Part shown: one piece after another, positions 12,810 through 24,461 of the stretch
Numbering within the stretch: the first letter of the stretch is position 1
How the letters are laid out: the number at the start of each line of letters is the position of its first letter
Source: Bispira polyomma
Taxonomy: Eukaryota
Assembly (NCBI GenBank): GCA_965649765.1
Contig: OZ287757.1
Location: 27,342,001 to 27,406,000 of the forward strand
DNA length: 64,000 nucleotides
Reading direction: 5' to 3'
The notes under the pieces: generated by a model
What the model saw: the letters and a program-made list of their open reading frames with translations, nothing else
The model's database searches: none
Told to the model about the DNA's origin: nothing
Program-made: the position numbers and the translations under genes

Positions 12810-13765
12810 GAGGTAAAAGTGAGAAAGAGGAGAAATAAAATATTTTATTTGACTTTTATTTTCTGTACATGTTAGTAGGTATATACAGGTTGAAGTTATA
12901 GGTTGAAGTTACAGGTTGAAGTATATTAAAATGTTGTAAAATAATATTTCAAAACAAGCCCACACAGGAGCACAACAACAAGCCCACGGAATGCGGACAT
13001 AGACATATAAAGTATAACCACTAATAGGGTACAAAATAAAGTATAAAATCATGTTACAGTTAAAAACCTAAAAAAAGTTCACCGACATGACGTCGTTATA
13101 GGACTAGCCCAAATAATTATACAACACATGACCTAGTGATCATAGCGTAGAGTAGAAGTGGTACATCTAAGTGTTCCTTTCTGCAGGCCAGCTGTTTCCC
13201 TTGCTGAATGTTGTCAAAGTAGTTAAACAAATATAACAAGCAAGTACAATTTTTCACAATGATAATTTTCCTGCTGCACCAAATGAAAGGGGATTAAGGG
13301 AAGAGGGCCTTGGACACCTATTCGCCTAGCAGTGGGAAGTCCAACCTCTTAGTGCCCTGATTCTACCCTGGCTCCCTAAGCGTGATGCTCAGGGGAGAGA
13401 TAAGAAGGAAGGACCCTCCACCACACGTCTCCGCACTCGAATCCCCCAACAGGGAACAAGCATTAAATAATAATAGTTTATGTTAACCTGGGGGTGGGTA
13501 TTATGTCCCAATAGCCAAAATTTTATAAATTTTCCTTACACGTGGTGAAAGGGGAGGGTGGCTGGATTTGCTGTATACGCGTTTACCCTTGTCTTTCTGG
13601 GTTTAAAATAGTAGAGTTCTCTGTGAGGGGATGCATAAGCTAGTTAAAAGAGGGTTGTCAAATGCTAATTGGTTAATACCTAATTAAGGATGGACAGACT
13701 GTGCAACAAGAATGGTTTTATGAAAGGTGTAACACAGCAGTCCCTTAAAGTGGTCTGGCTAGTCT
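12810..13765 (-). mobile_element. ORF-less terminal unit (A-spacer-B) of a related Ngaro-type element
   Basis: Collinear with 19659-20551: aagcccac..gcggacatag, ggactagccc, ttctaccctg, gtttacccttg, gcagcagtccc.taaagtgg; no coding remnants adjacent. Ends approximate. Confidence 0.7.
13305..13442 (-). ncRNA. Putative structured RNA, copy 2 (Ngaro spacer)
   Basis: Same conserved motifs and stems as 20062-20198, with different but compensating stem sequences. Confidence 0.5.
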
Positions 13766-15011
13766 TACTATTATAAATAGTAAGACACTCATTATAGTAA
13801 GACACATCACTCAATGATGGTGACAAATTTATTAAAGATATGTATTCTATTTTAAAGATATATTCAACTGTACAAATTTAATCAAATACGATGTAAATAA
13901 AATTAGTTTGTTGTTCCATGTGGGTCTTTAACAAACCAGTCACAGTTTTGGCATAATAATTTTTTTATAATTTACCTATCATTGAAGTTAGCCTTACAGA
14001 TGGATGCTCACTTGTCACAAAGAACTTTTCTAAACGGTGACTCAGACAAGAGCACTATCTTGTTTCCACCAACCACTTAAAAACCAGACAAACCGTTCCG
14101 TCTATATAACATGATAGTGTTTCTATTTCTGCAGTAAGAACTCTTAGTGTCAATATACCCATTTTAGTTGATTATTTACACAGATACATCACCATTTTGC
14201 TTTATTAAGCCAATTTGTGTAGTGTATTTTGAGTTTACAGTATTTGGAGTTTACAGTTTTTGAGCTGCCACAATCTATCTAGAACAGATAAAACTCCTCA
14301 ATTTAACACACCTCTTGGCAAGTGCTTCATGAATTTCTGTCGCTGACGTAAGGTACTTGGTCGAAGAAATGACAGCACAGGTTGACATTTGTTTTAAACA
14401 CATTCAACTCTAGAGTCAAGGGGCAACACAGTTTGTAAATACATTGCTATTATGCAATTTGAACTGAGAATGGGGAAACAGCTAAACTATGGTAAATGTA
14501 ATTTATGCCCAGCAGTTGACATGTGTGCTCTTTTGAGAAACACTGTTCTTTTCTGTACATCAGTTCTATACTACACGCAAAACTACTCTGGGCCAAAGTA
14601 CTCACATGGGGAACATTGTCAGTAATACTTTCTGATACATGGGTCAATGTTAGCATGTGCCAGAGAGCCTGATCTTTAAGTTTTTTCTACCGCAGCCATT
14701 CTACCAGATGAACATTATAGCTCTGAAAGAGTCAGCACACTAGTTTTCTCTGTAGCTGTGTTGTCTGTAGCTCTGACCCCTCTCATATTGGTGGGTTTCT
14801 GTCTCAATCCTGTTGGTAGAGTAAGTGCTATACCAAATATTGGCTTCCTGCAGTGCCACCCAACAGGGCATTTGTTGCTCACTCTATACACGTGTTGCAG
14901 TAGGCAGAGGACATCGTGCAGAAATACACAAATAAATTGTTAAAATCTATGTTATAAAAGAAAATCAAAAATCAAATCAGTTGTTTAAGAAAAAGGTGAG
15001 ACCAAAGGGTA

Positions 15012-15830
15012 GTGTTCACAAAAAAGTCTTGGCCTGCCCACATCCACAATCACACACTTGATCTGGTAATAGACCGACCAAATTACAACCTGATCAGTCA
15101 CATCTGGGTCACTGATAGGGTTACCGATCATTTAGCAACCTTTGCCTGTCTAAATATGCATGTATCTGTTTCACAAAAACCTTGTGTAATAAAATACCAA
15201 AATATTAGAAAAATCAGTATTAACAAATTTAGAGACGACATTCTTGCATCAAACCTTATAAAACATTCGTGCAAGAATGCAGACAGCCTCAGCTCACAAT
15301 ATGATCATAACCTTTCAGCTATTCTTGAGAATCACGCTCCACGACAAAACCCTTCCCCCCACGAACCCCCTAGGAGGCCAAAAGACTCTAGCGTCAAGTC
15401 AAGCATTGATGGTGTCATACCAAATCCTCGCTTGATACAAGGCGGTATCACAAACCACTTCAACATGTTGATAACAAGTGTTAAAAAGGAGCACTATGAC
15501 TATATTATCAGTAAACACTAATACAACCGCAAACAATTATGGGCTTCCAACAATAAAATTCTTCATCAAACATATGAGAAAGTTCTTCCCGCCAGTCAAT
15601 CACTGCCTTACATTTTTAGCCGATAAATTTTTTTAAAAAAAATTATTGACAAAATAAGCAACATTTGTTACGTTTTTAATGATGCCCCACTTCTTCCCTC
15701 CAACTCCTGGTTATAGGATTTCTAACCTAGATTCCATCCCAGCTGTTATTCTGAATCAATGCCTGAACATTCTAGTCACACCCATGACCAACATATTAAA
15801 TTTTCCTCTTCAGAATGGTATTTTCCCCAC
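15012..15830 (+). mobile_element. Degenerate L2/CR1-group LINE ORF2 fragment (end of APE to start of RT)
   Basis: HIHNHTLDLVI..VTDH (APE end), LENHAP, LDSIPAVILNQCLNILVTPMTNILN..LQNGIFP. Confidence 0.75.
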
Positions 15831-15949
15831 TTGTAAAAAAGAAGACAATTTGATAGTGCATTTCGAAATGCTAAGCGTACTAGTTGTCTTTTAGTTATGG
15901 CCTGAAAAATGGCGAGATTCGCGAATTTGCATACAGTCAGACAACAGTA

Positions 15950-16850
15950 GTATCTGTTGTGAAGTCGTCAAAAACTAAGGACATTATGTAAGTAACATGT
16001 CTTAGAAATATGTGGTTAATATGTGTAAATTATATTATTGAGATCAATATAGAACATATTGCAGGCAAAAAGAATATTCTTGCAGACACCTTTTTAAGAT
16101 GACATGACTTAGGACAGTTTACACTTGAAATTAAGGATTTAATGACTTGTAGGTTACATATGTGTAATATGCCTTTGACACATTTTATCTTGGAAAATGA
16201 CTTGTAATTTTAGGTGCATTAGAAGTAGTCAAGCCTTTGTTGAAATTTGCAATAAAATGATGGCAGACACCTTAAGACTGAGGACTACACGTAATCTAAC
16301 AGTTAAATGAGACTTTTTCTGTCTTACATAGTATATTATAACATGGAAGACACTTTTACCTTAGGGTCAATATTAGCTTTCATGAAGTAGTTCCATCAGA
16401 CAAGTTTCTCTTACAAAGTAATTAACAATTACTTGGCTGCCATCAGGCACTTTGAAAAGAGATTCTTATCCAAGGCTGTCAGCTGTATGATCAAAGAATT
16501 GCACTGTACCAGAAATCACTGATGATCAATTCTACTTTTCAACCAAAACCGAAGGGCATCTTTGATATTTCTTAATTAAATAGCATTTCACGCCAGTGTC
16601 TGCTGTCCCATTTTCCTGAATTATTACAGGACAGCTTTTTTGTTTGCCTTCTTCGGTTTTTTGAGGATTTCCAACTTGACCCCAGCAAACCTTGCTGACT
16701 TTGACCCTACCAGACATTTGACAAGGTCACATATTATTTTCTGACCACCTGGAATTTGCTTAATCCTAAAGTAGTCAAAAACTAATCAAATCAGGCAGCA
16801 CCAGAACATAATCCAATCCCCAACTTTAAAATAACCTTAGCTCTGTCCAA
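15950..16850 (+). mobile_element. Degenerate YR retrotransposon remnant (RNase H plus YR)
   Basis: IEHIAGKKNILAD RNase H end and decayed recombinase motifs; many stops. Ends approximate. Confidence 0.65.
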
Positions 16851-19489
16851 AATATCTCACTGAAATGAGAAGTCTCTCTGAAGTAAAGTTGAGAAGTACA
16901 TTAAAAATTATACTATCGCAATTAGTATTCCCCATTTAACCTCCACCACACCACTACCACTTTATCTTAACCTTTAAACAAAGGTCAAAACTTGTAAAAG
17001 ACTTAAACTACTATTTTGACCTGTTTTCATCACCAGCTACCTTGTGAGACAGGATTTAGTGTTCAACATGCCTTGATCAATGTTCAATTGTCAACATCAA
17101 AAAGTGGTCGTTTTCAAGTCATTGGCCTGCTGGGATGAGCCCTAATTTTAGCTAAATAGTTTGAAATGGCATGAAATTGGTAATGATGCTAACAACTCCA
17201 GAAGTCCGGAATTGATATATTGAACCTAGAAAACTTGTTTGGAATATTCACTTTATTGGCCATTCAATATGTTATGTAGCAGTATTTGTCTTTGTGTGCA
17301 TGTATATAACAATATAAAAACAAATAAAAATAAAAGAATTCATCAAAAACATTTAGGTTCTGGTTCAAGTTTCTTGCTTAAATGTTTCCTTGATGTTGTT
17401 TGGTTAATGTTGGAATTCAATATGGAGTGCTGAAATAGCAGAAGCATAAGTAGTGGCCCTAGCATTTTCATTGGTGAAGAAGTGAATGGACAGATTGACT
17501 AAATAAATGTAGATTACACCAGTTATAATATTCAACAGTATATAAAATATTAAGGGAATGAGACATGGACTGAAGTAGCAGTCCCCTGAAGAGTTCCTTA
17601 ATCACTGTGTATTATATTAGTGTGTGCTTAGTTCCTCTGAATGTATGCTAACAACTGTCTGCATCTAGAGATTCTAAAACTGACTTACATATTCCAAATC
17701 TGTACAATCAAAAGTAAATAAAGAATAATATACTTTATTTTACTATAATACAGAGTCATTCTCAGATATGGTTATTGAAATGAAGTGTCACCTCTGAATG
17801 TTATGTGAAGAATGCAATCGACTAGAGGACAAGCTTGGACATCTCATATGTAGTAAGTTAGCTAAAAACTGACATAAAGGTAACCGCTAAAGCTAGAAGC
17901 ACACAGACTGCCACAACAGACCTTATGGACACCCGCAACTGAACTTCTATGCACCCAAACACCAAGAAACTAAATTCGACCATCACACAAATTATAATCT
18001 TTTTAATTTATACCAAAAATTGGTAAAAAATGTAGAATTTGTAATGGTCTCATTTCGCCGGGTCGTGCACACACTAGGGTGATTCTTGTTAGTGTCCAGG
18101 CGTCGCAGGCTGTTACTACAGTGGCAACATCCAGTGTATCCCAGATAAGTGACACCGTGGTGCCATCCTTACAGACCGTGAGATCTACAGACCAACAGGC
18201 GGCCGTGGACACCAGACTGCCACTCCTACGACTTTTACAAATCTCGTACAAACAAATGTTTTCAAAATTGGGATACATAAACGCATAAGTTTGACTTTAT
18301 AAATATTTATGAAGGTTTTTTGTGGTTTGGGAAAAAACCACAGGTATTTTAACAACAAAATCATTATTTTGTGTAATAATAATTGTTATGATTTATACAG
18401 ATTATATATATTTTAGTAGCTTTTATATATAGTATAATATTTACAAAACATATTGATTTAAATAATACATGGTTATTTAAAAAAGATTGTTGGTAGTATG
18501 TACACAGAACAACCTCTATGGGGTATATCACAATTATATACCTGAACTTTAATAACAAATAATTTATAGGGATTATTTATTATAGTATACCGAAACTGCA
18601 GATATGTGAGGTGAGTTCATAACTAAAGACGCCCTACAATCTGTAGCAGTGTGTAGGGAACCATGTTACTTAGTGATATGATGTTTGGTTCATTAGCTGG
18701 TTGCAATGTAGACCATTGTTATCTGTCACATTAAACAATGAATTAAAACTGCAGCATCTTGTTATGCATGTTTGACTCATTTAATTATCCATACTCTTCA
18801 CACACTATATTTTATTGATACATTTAAGTCCAGTATTTCCATATTGCATGTTTCTTACATTTACACGTACTTGTACTTACTTAAATGTTTTATATACAAT
18901 CATATAATATCTGTTACCTTTTAGAATTCATACTTAGTATATAGGTTACGTTAAGTGAATAATTTAAATGATTTTACAAGGGTTTAACCACTACCACTTA
19001 TGCATATGAGAGCATTATTGATAGTATATTCACACAATGACATTAAGACACCCACTACTTCATGTTACATTTGAGTTATAGCTAAATTATGTAACAAGAA
19101 TATATATTCTCTCATAATACATTTGTGTGATACAGCTAGAATATTCATATTTAGTAATCTTAAGACATACGTTTTAGTAATCAGTTGCTGTTGAATGTCA
19201 ATATTATATACTCATCTTGCAGTTTTGCCATTTATATAATCAACACTGCATTATATACTATTTCTTTAATTAAAAAACTTCATATCTAGTTAGTATTACT
19301 ATATTCCTATACCTCTTCAATTTCAGTTAATAATTGGTGTTTGCCTGGCCTGGGAGGTGAAATGTTTCTAAAACACTTAAAACCTACTTTCTGGGTATGA
19401 CAACAATGTGTGATTTTGTGATATGATTAAGCACACATTGTTATTGGTCTTTTCTTGATCAAATTATGTTTTAGCAAATGCTTAGTTTA

Positions 19490-19658
19490 GTTTTGATTTA
19501 ACGTCACTGTCAACATGTCAACACAGTGTAGATGGTAAGCTTTTCTGATCTGCCGACCACCAGCCTTCAGTAAGTCTATAGTCAACTTTCCCACATACAC
19601 CCCAGAGCCCAAATTTAAACCCACAACAGAGGTGGGAGGTAAGTTTATTACCGCTACA
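19490..19658 (-). mobile_element. tRNA-derived SINE interrupted by the Ngaro element (head continues at 25882-25896)
   Basis: Rejoined, the - strand reads gggcctcggtggtgtagcggtaa...gggtttaaatt; uninterrupted paralogous copies at ~31100-31275 and ~52500-52610. Confidence 0.7.
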
Positions 19659-19816
19659 GTTGCCAGGTTGGGTGAAATTGTAAGTTGTGAGGTGACCTTG
19701 AGAGATAAACTACAAGATACCATTTGGAGAATTTATTTATGTACATAAGTTAGTATGTATGTACAGAGTGTAAAAGCAGGTTAAAATTGTTAGGGTAGAA
19801 ATTTTAAATATACCCA
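19659..19816 (-). repeat. Split direct repeat B2
   Basis: 158 bp, 2 differences seen versus B1 (20552-20709). Confidence 0.93.
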
Positions 19817-20061
19817 TACTATCACAACAAGTGTAAAGCCCACGTATGCGGACATAGTTAACAATAAGAGAAACAAAGACACTAAAATAAAATAATGACG
19901 GGACTAGCCCACTATGCCAATTAAGTGATAAGTAGCGATACCTTTAAAGTAGATACTATAACGATGCAATCAACCATCTGGTATAATACACTACTATTAT
20001 TCAAGACACAATCATTGACGTTATTCATCCTGATATTCACAGTGTTAATTAGTGCAGCATT

Positions 20062-20198
20062 GGAACCCGAGACCTGTGGCACCTAGTCGCCTGGCAGAGA
20101 GAGGATTCTGTCCCACAGCGCTTCTATTCTACCCTGAGTCCCCACAGGGGAAAGATTGAAGGGCAGAATCCCATCTCCACACGGTCGCGGGGTCGAAT
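20062..20198 (-). ncRNA. Putative structured cis-RNA in the A2-B2 spacer (possible pseudoknot or ribozyme)
   Basis: Nested stems GACC.TGTGG/CCACA.GGTC, GGATTCTG.CCC/GGG.CAGAATCC, TCCCC/GGGGA; motifs CAGGGTAGAAT and CTGCYAGGCGAMTAGGTG shared with 13305-13442. Confidence 0.55.
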
Positions 20199-20334
20199 AC
20201 TACCAGAGCACGAGTTACCGATACTCTACCACTACAACTATCGCAAATGCAAAGTTACATGCACTTGAGGTGCCAAGTACGTATAAGTTAGCACCAGTTT
20301 TAATGCTGGAGGAAGAAATTGGGATGGGGGTGGG

Positions 20335-20551
20335 AATTTTCATAAAATGGGTGTTTACCCTTGGAATATCGTTTCCAAAATGGAGAATGTGTGAGGGAGT
20401 GCACACGCTAATTCAGGGGGGTCTGTTCACTAATTGGATACATAATTAATTAGGGAAGGAAAATTGTCAAAACAAGAATAGTTTTACAAAAGTGGAAATG
20501 GACAGGAGGGCAACTGAGGCAGCAGTCCCCTAAAGTGGACTGCTGGGCACA
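20335..20551 (-). repeat. Split direct repeat A2
   Basis: 217 bp, about 3 differences versus A1 (25667-25884). Confidence 0.93.
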
Positions 20552-20709
20552 GTTGTCAGGTTGGGTGAAATTGTAAGTTGTGAGGTGACCTTGAGAGATA
20601 AACTACAAGATACCATTTGGAGAATTTATTTATGTACATAAGTTAGTATGTATGTACAGAGTGTAAAAGCAGGTTAAAATTTTTAGGGTAGAAATTTTAA
20701 ATATACCCA
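20552..20709 (-). repeat. Split direct repeat B1
   Basis: Begins just after the YR stop, abuts A2, matches B2. Confidence 0.93.
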
Positions 20710-20716
20710 AACCCAA

Positions 20717-21703
20717 TCAAATAGAGGAAGGGATGATGGAGGAAAAAGTAGCAGGAATGACAGAAGCTGCCTGGGAGGTAGATTGCAAGTAGGTCCATAC
20801 AGCTGAGCTGCACCATAAACCGTGTGACATAATATTTTGAAGAGAAACATTATTGTTGAACGCTAACATAGCGCCAGATCTACGGAAAGTGTGAAATCCA
20901 TGAATTTTGTGATCTATGCCAATATGTTGTAAAATATTCTTGAGAACTGTCCTGATGTGCGAGTCTATAACAGGATGGTGAGGGGAAATTCCTGTAACAA
21001 ATAATGGGTAGTGTTGTGGGAGTTTCCTTGATTCCATTAGTAGTGTGAGTGCTGTCACTGGACTCAGCAAAGGGGTATCAATCTTTGGAACCTGGATTAC
21101 ATGTGAGGAGGACCTATCTTGCATGTTTTTGGCCCACTTGAGGATTATGTGTGCTCCAGGTGGACCAAAAACCACATCCTGTCTAAGGAGGTATCTAGTG
21201 GAGTCAAATTTTAGTCTGGAGTGAGGTGCAATATTTGACATTCGTAAAAAACCATAGAAGGCTAAAAGGAAGATGGCCCTGTAAAGCTGAGGATCGGAAG
21301 AAATGCTGCAAGCCTGTGATATTTGTAGTAGTTGTTTGATCTGAAAAACCCCTTTGACTGCAGGTCTAAAGGAAGAATTCAGAGCAAGACTACGTGTGAA
21401 GAGTGATATAGAGTTGTGCTGGAATACTTGTGTATCCAAGTGGTATTTTTCAGACATGAATTTCAGTGCTGAGATGTAGTTATTTATGACTTTTGGTGAA
21501 ATGTTATTTTGAGCTAAATATTCCAGAAAAGCCAGAATAGAATGTACAGTGATGTTTTGAATTGCAGCATATTGCAAAAAAGCAAGAAATGTTCTAAATT
21601 GACTGACATAAGCTGAGGTAGTTGAAGGTCTCAGAGCTGCATTGATTCTTGAGATGGCTGCTAACCCCAGCTGTTGTGATGAAGCAGTAGCACCTGAAAT
21701 CAT
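20717..21703 (-). CDS. Tyrosine recombinase (integrase) of the Ngaro-type element, 328 aa
   Basis: Catalytic R (GFLRMSN), HxxR (HTFRRSGA), HGLW and Y (VWTYL) all present; the ATG overlaps the pol stop (ATGA). Confidence 0.95.
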   Translation of the reverse strand: MISGATASSQQLGLAAISRINAALRPSTTSAYVSQFRTFLAFLQYAAIQNITVHSILAFLEYLAQNNISPKVINNYISALKFMSEKYHLDTQVFQHNSISLFTRSLALNSSFRPAVKGVFQIKQLLQISQACSISSDPQLYRAIFLLAFYGFLRMSNIAPHSRLKFDSTRYLLRQDVVFGPPGAHIILKWAKNMQDRSSSHVIQVPKIDTPLLSPVTALTLLMESRKLPQHYPLFVTGISPHHPVIDSHIRTVLKNILQHIGIDHKIHGFHTFRRSGAMLAFNNNVSLQNIMSHGLWCSSAVWTYLQSTSQAASVIPATFSSIIPSSI

Positions 21704-24461
21704 ATGTTATAATCAAGGTTAAAGAATTTTAAAGGAACCAGTTTACAGGTGTAAGCACTGAGAAATTGCATGATTTCTGCTCTAGGTGGGTTGTTTGAAT
21801 ACATACGCGAAAGTGCATCTGCATATATATTCTCCTTACCCCTAATGTGCTGTATTCTAAGAGTTATATCCAGTGTGGAGGTGATAAGCCAGATGTTCCT
21901 TATACATGTAGCAAGGAAGGCATCCCTCGTTTTACCTGTCTGTACGACCAAAACCACGGCCATGTTATCGCAGTTAAATAGTACCTTTTGGTGAGCCCAA
22001 TCCCTACCCCACACTTTCAAAGCAATGACGATGTTAAGCATCTCTAACTGAGTTATGGCCAAATCTTGTTGATATATATTATACACAGGGGTATGGTAAA
22101 CTTCAGAACCCCAGATAGCTCCAAGTCCAGAAAGGCAAGCGTCAAGGTGTAATTCCTGTCCTGACTTAATGTCCACTGGGTCAATATATGTAATTCCGTT
22201 GTAAGATACTAGAAAATGTATAAACCAGTCTAAGTCTATTTTAATGTTGTCTGTGACCTTGAACCTTTTGGCATTAGGTGAAGCTCTGAACACCGATAAT
22301 AGTCTATTAATAAAACACCTAGCTGGTTTCACACATTTGTGAACGTACAGTAAACTGCCTAAGATTGATTGAAATCTGCTCCGTGAAAGCCATGGCTTGC
22401 TCCTTGCCTCAACGCAGATGTTATAAATTTGTGTGATTTTTTCAGGGGTAATACTAATGGTTCCAGCTGAAATGTCGATATCTATCCCCAAGTAAGTTAC
22501 ATGTGTATCAGGGGAGCTGACCTTGTCCTGATTGATAGGGAGACCTAAATCATTGAGTAAATTACAGAGAATATCAAATCCCCTGCTGGCATCAGCTTTA
22601 GAACATACGCAAATGTAGTCGTCGATATAGCAGTATAAGTTGAAACCTAAAGTGGCCATATGGTCAGAAATTATGTCCGAGCAAAACTGAAAGGCCGCGC
22701 TTCCATGAGCCCAGCCGAATGCGACCGCCGCGTCCATGAAGTAGCTGTTACCATGTTTTATGCCTAATTTTAAGCTGTCTACTGGGTCTACCCTTAAGTT
22801 TCTAAAAGCGTGGGCGACGTCGACCTTAAACATAACTGGATCAAGTGTAGACCTAATACTATCAGTAATGTGATCTATATATTTGGAAATTTTAAAATAA
22901 ATTTTGTATTGTCAAAAATTTCCCTATTAACGTTGTCGTTAATTGATTGACCTTTGGGGTATGATAAATTAAGTATGACTCGACATTTGTTTGAGTCCTT
23001 TGGCCTAGTAAGTAAAGGTGAGCAGTGAAAGTGTGAGTCGGGAATCTCTCGAACTGGGCCTAACATGGCACCCTTATGCTGTTCTTTCTTAAGATATTCT
23101 ACAATTGCTTCTGTGTGCTGTAAAGCAGAGTGGTGATTAATTACCTCTTTACACTGAAGCTGATCTGGGTTGTCAAGTGAAAGAGGAAACCCGAATTTTA
23201 AGTACTGAGTAATAATCTTGTCAGGGTGATGTTTGGTTATTCTCTCCCAGACGTCTATGTTTAATTGAGATTTTATTGGAATTTGAGCTTGTTTATAATT
23301 TGGAACTCCCGTTTCCCTAATAATGTTTGCAACTATGCACATATGAGTAATGTCAACAATATCGACCGAATCCCTGTCAGGTCCGATGAAGTTGAATTGT
23401 TGTTCAGCAAGTTTAATAAAACCAATGTGTTTAGAACTGTCTGAAATATCAGTAAAGTCCTTAGTTTTCGTAGAAGAAAAGGTAGCTGTGTCAAGGTTGT
23501 CCAACCCCTCCACAAAGTGAACGTTGTAATCACGGACGGAGTTGTTACTCACCTTTGCATTCTCATAGCTGTTTAGTTTATTATCACGTACATTTAATTT
23601 TGTTTTACATATTTTTACATTATCCTGCATTACAATTTCATCAATGATATCATGAATAAATTCAGTATAATCATAACCCAATCTTTCCCAACATATCAGG
23701 TTTCTTTTGTAGTTAAAGTAAGTATTTTTTGCCTCAAGTACTCCCAATACTGAATGTGTACGCACAGTGTGTCTTTTATGCACTGCCATTTGCACTGTTT
23801 GGTTTTCGTTTACCCTAATAGGGAAACTTGGGCCATTGCCAATGTGGTTGTAGGTGTAAGTTCTAGTACTGCTGTCAAATGACATGTAACAGAAACCTGA
23901 CATGTCTTGAAAGTTGTCGAATTTTAAATATACTACTGGATGATTGTGACTGCCCCTGAGCACATGATAAGTACAATCAATTACTGCTACTTCACATGTA
24001 ACAACCAACACTTCATCATGAATTGTTATACACAAATCGTCCTTTCCAGCAAGTTTATTTTCCTGTCAATAATGGTCCAATAACCCGTTGTCACCGATTT
24101 GGTTAACAAAATCAAAATGCACTCCTGTAGTGTCATTTATCATGGCAGTGACAGGATTGGCATCTATTATGTTATGCCATGCACATCCCCTGATTATATT
24201 GCACCCGTTCATGCTAGTACTGTTATACTGAGAAGATGTATCACTGTTATCTGACATGTATATATTAACATTAGCATGCCCCAACAATCTAGAATCTGCT
24301 TTCTGATACTCATCTGCAAGTCTAACCTGACATTTATCTACACTACTAGTTATATTCCTAAGACTAGACACATTAAACTGACATACTTTAGTTTCACCAC
24401 TACTACTATTACAAACACTCCTCTCTCTGATTGTTCGTTTATTTGGTCGTACAGGAAATCC
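21700..24461 (-). pseudogene. pol (RT plus RNase H) of the Ngaro-type element, with one in-frame TGA (24066-24068) and a 2-bp frameshift (~22877)
   Basis: SPLLTRPK..RVILNLS, KVDVAHAF, AFG..GSAAFQ, YIDDY; RNase H LDACL..G, ITQLEMLNI, CDNMAVV, HIRGKENIYADALSR (ORFs 24066-24371, 22875-24035, 21700-22833). Confidence 0.92.

Noticed and set aside
13305-13340. GGCGAA...GGTG as an HDV-like ribozyme 3' end
   Set aside because: I could not build the P1/P1.1/P3 nested pseudoknot; kept only as part of the unclassified structured RNA.
20156-20449. 97-aa ORF as a possible extra Ngaro gene
   Set aside because: Antisense to the element, spans the spacer and repeat A2, non-ATG start, not conserved in the related copy.
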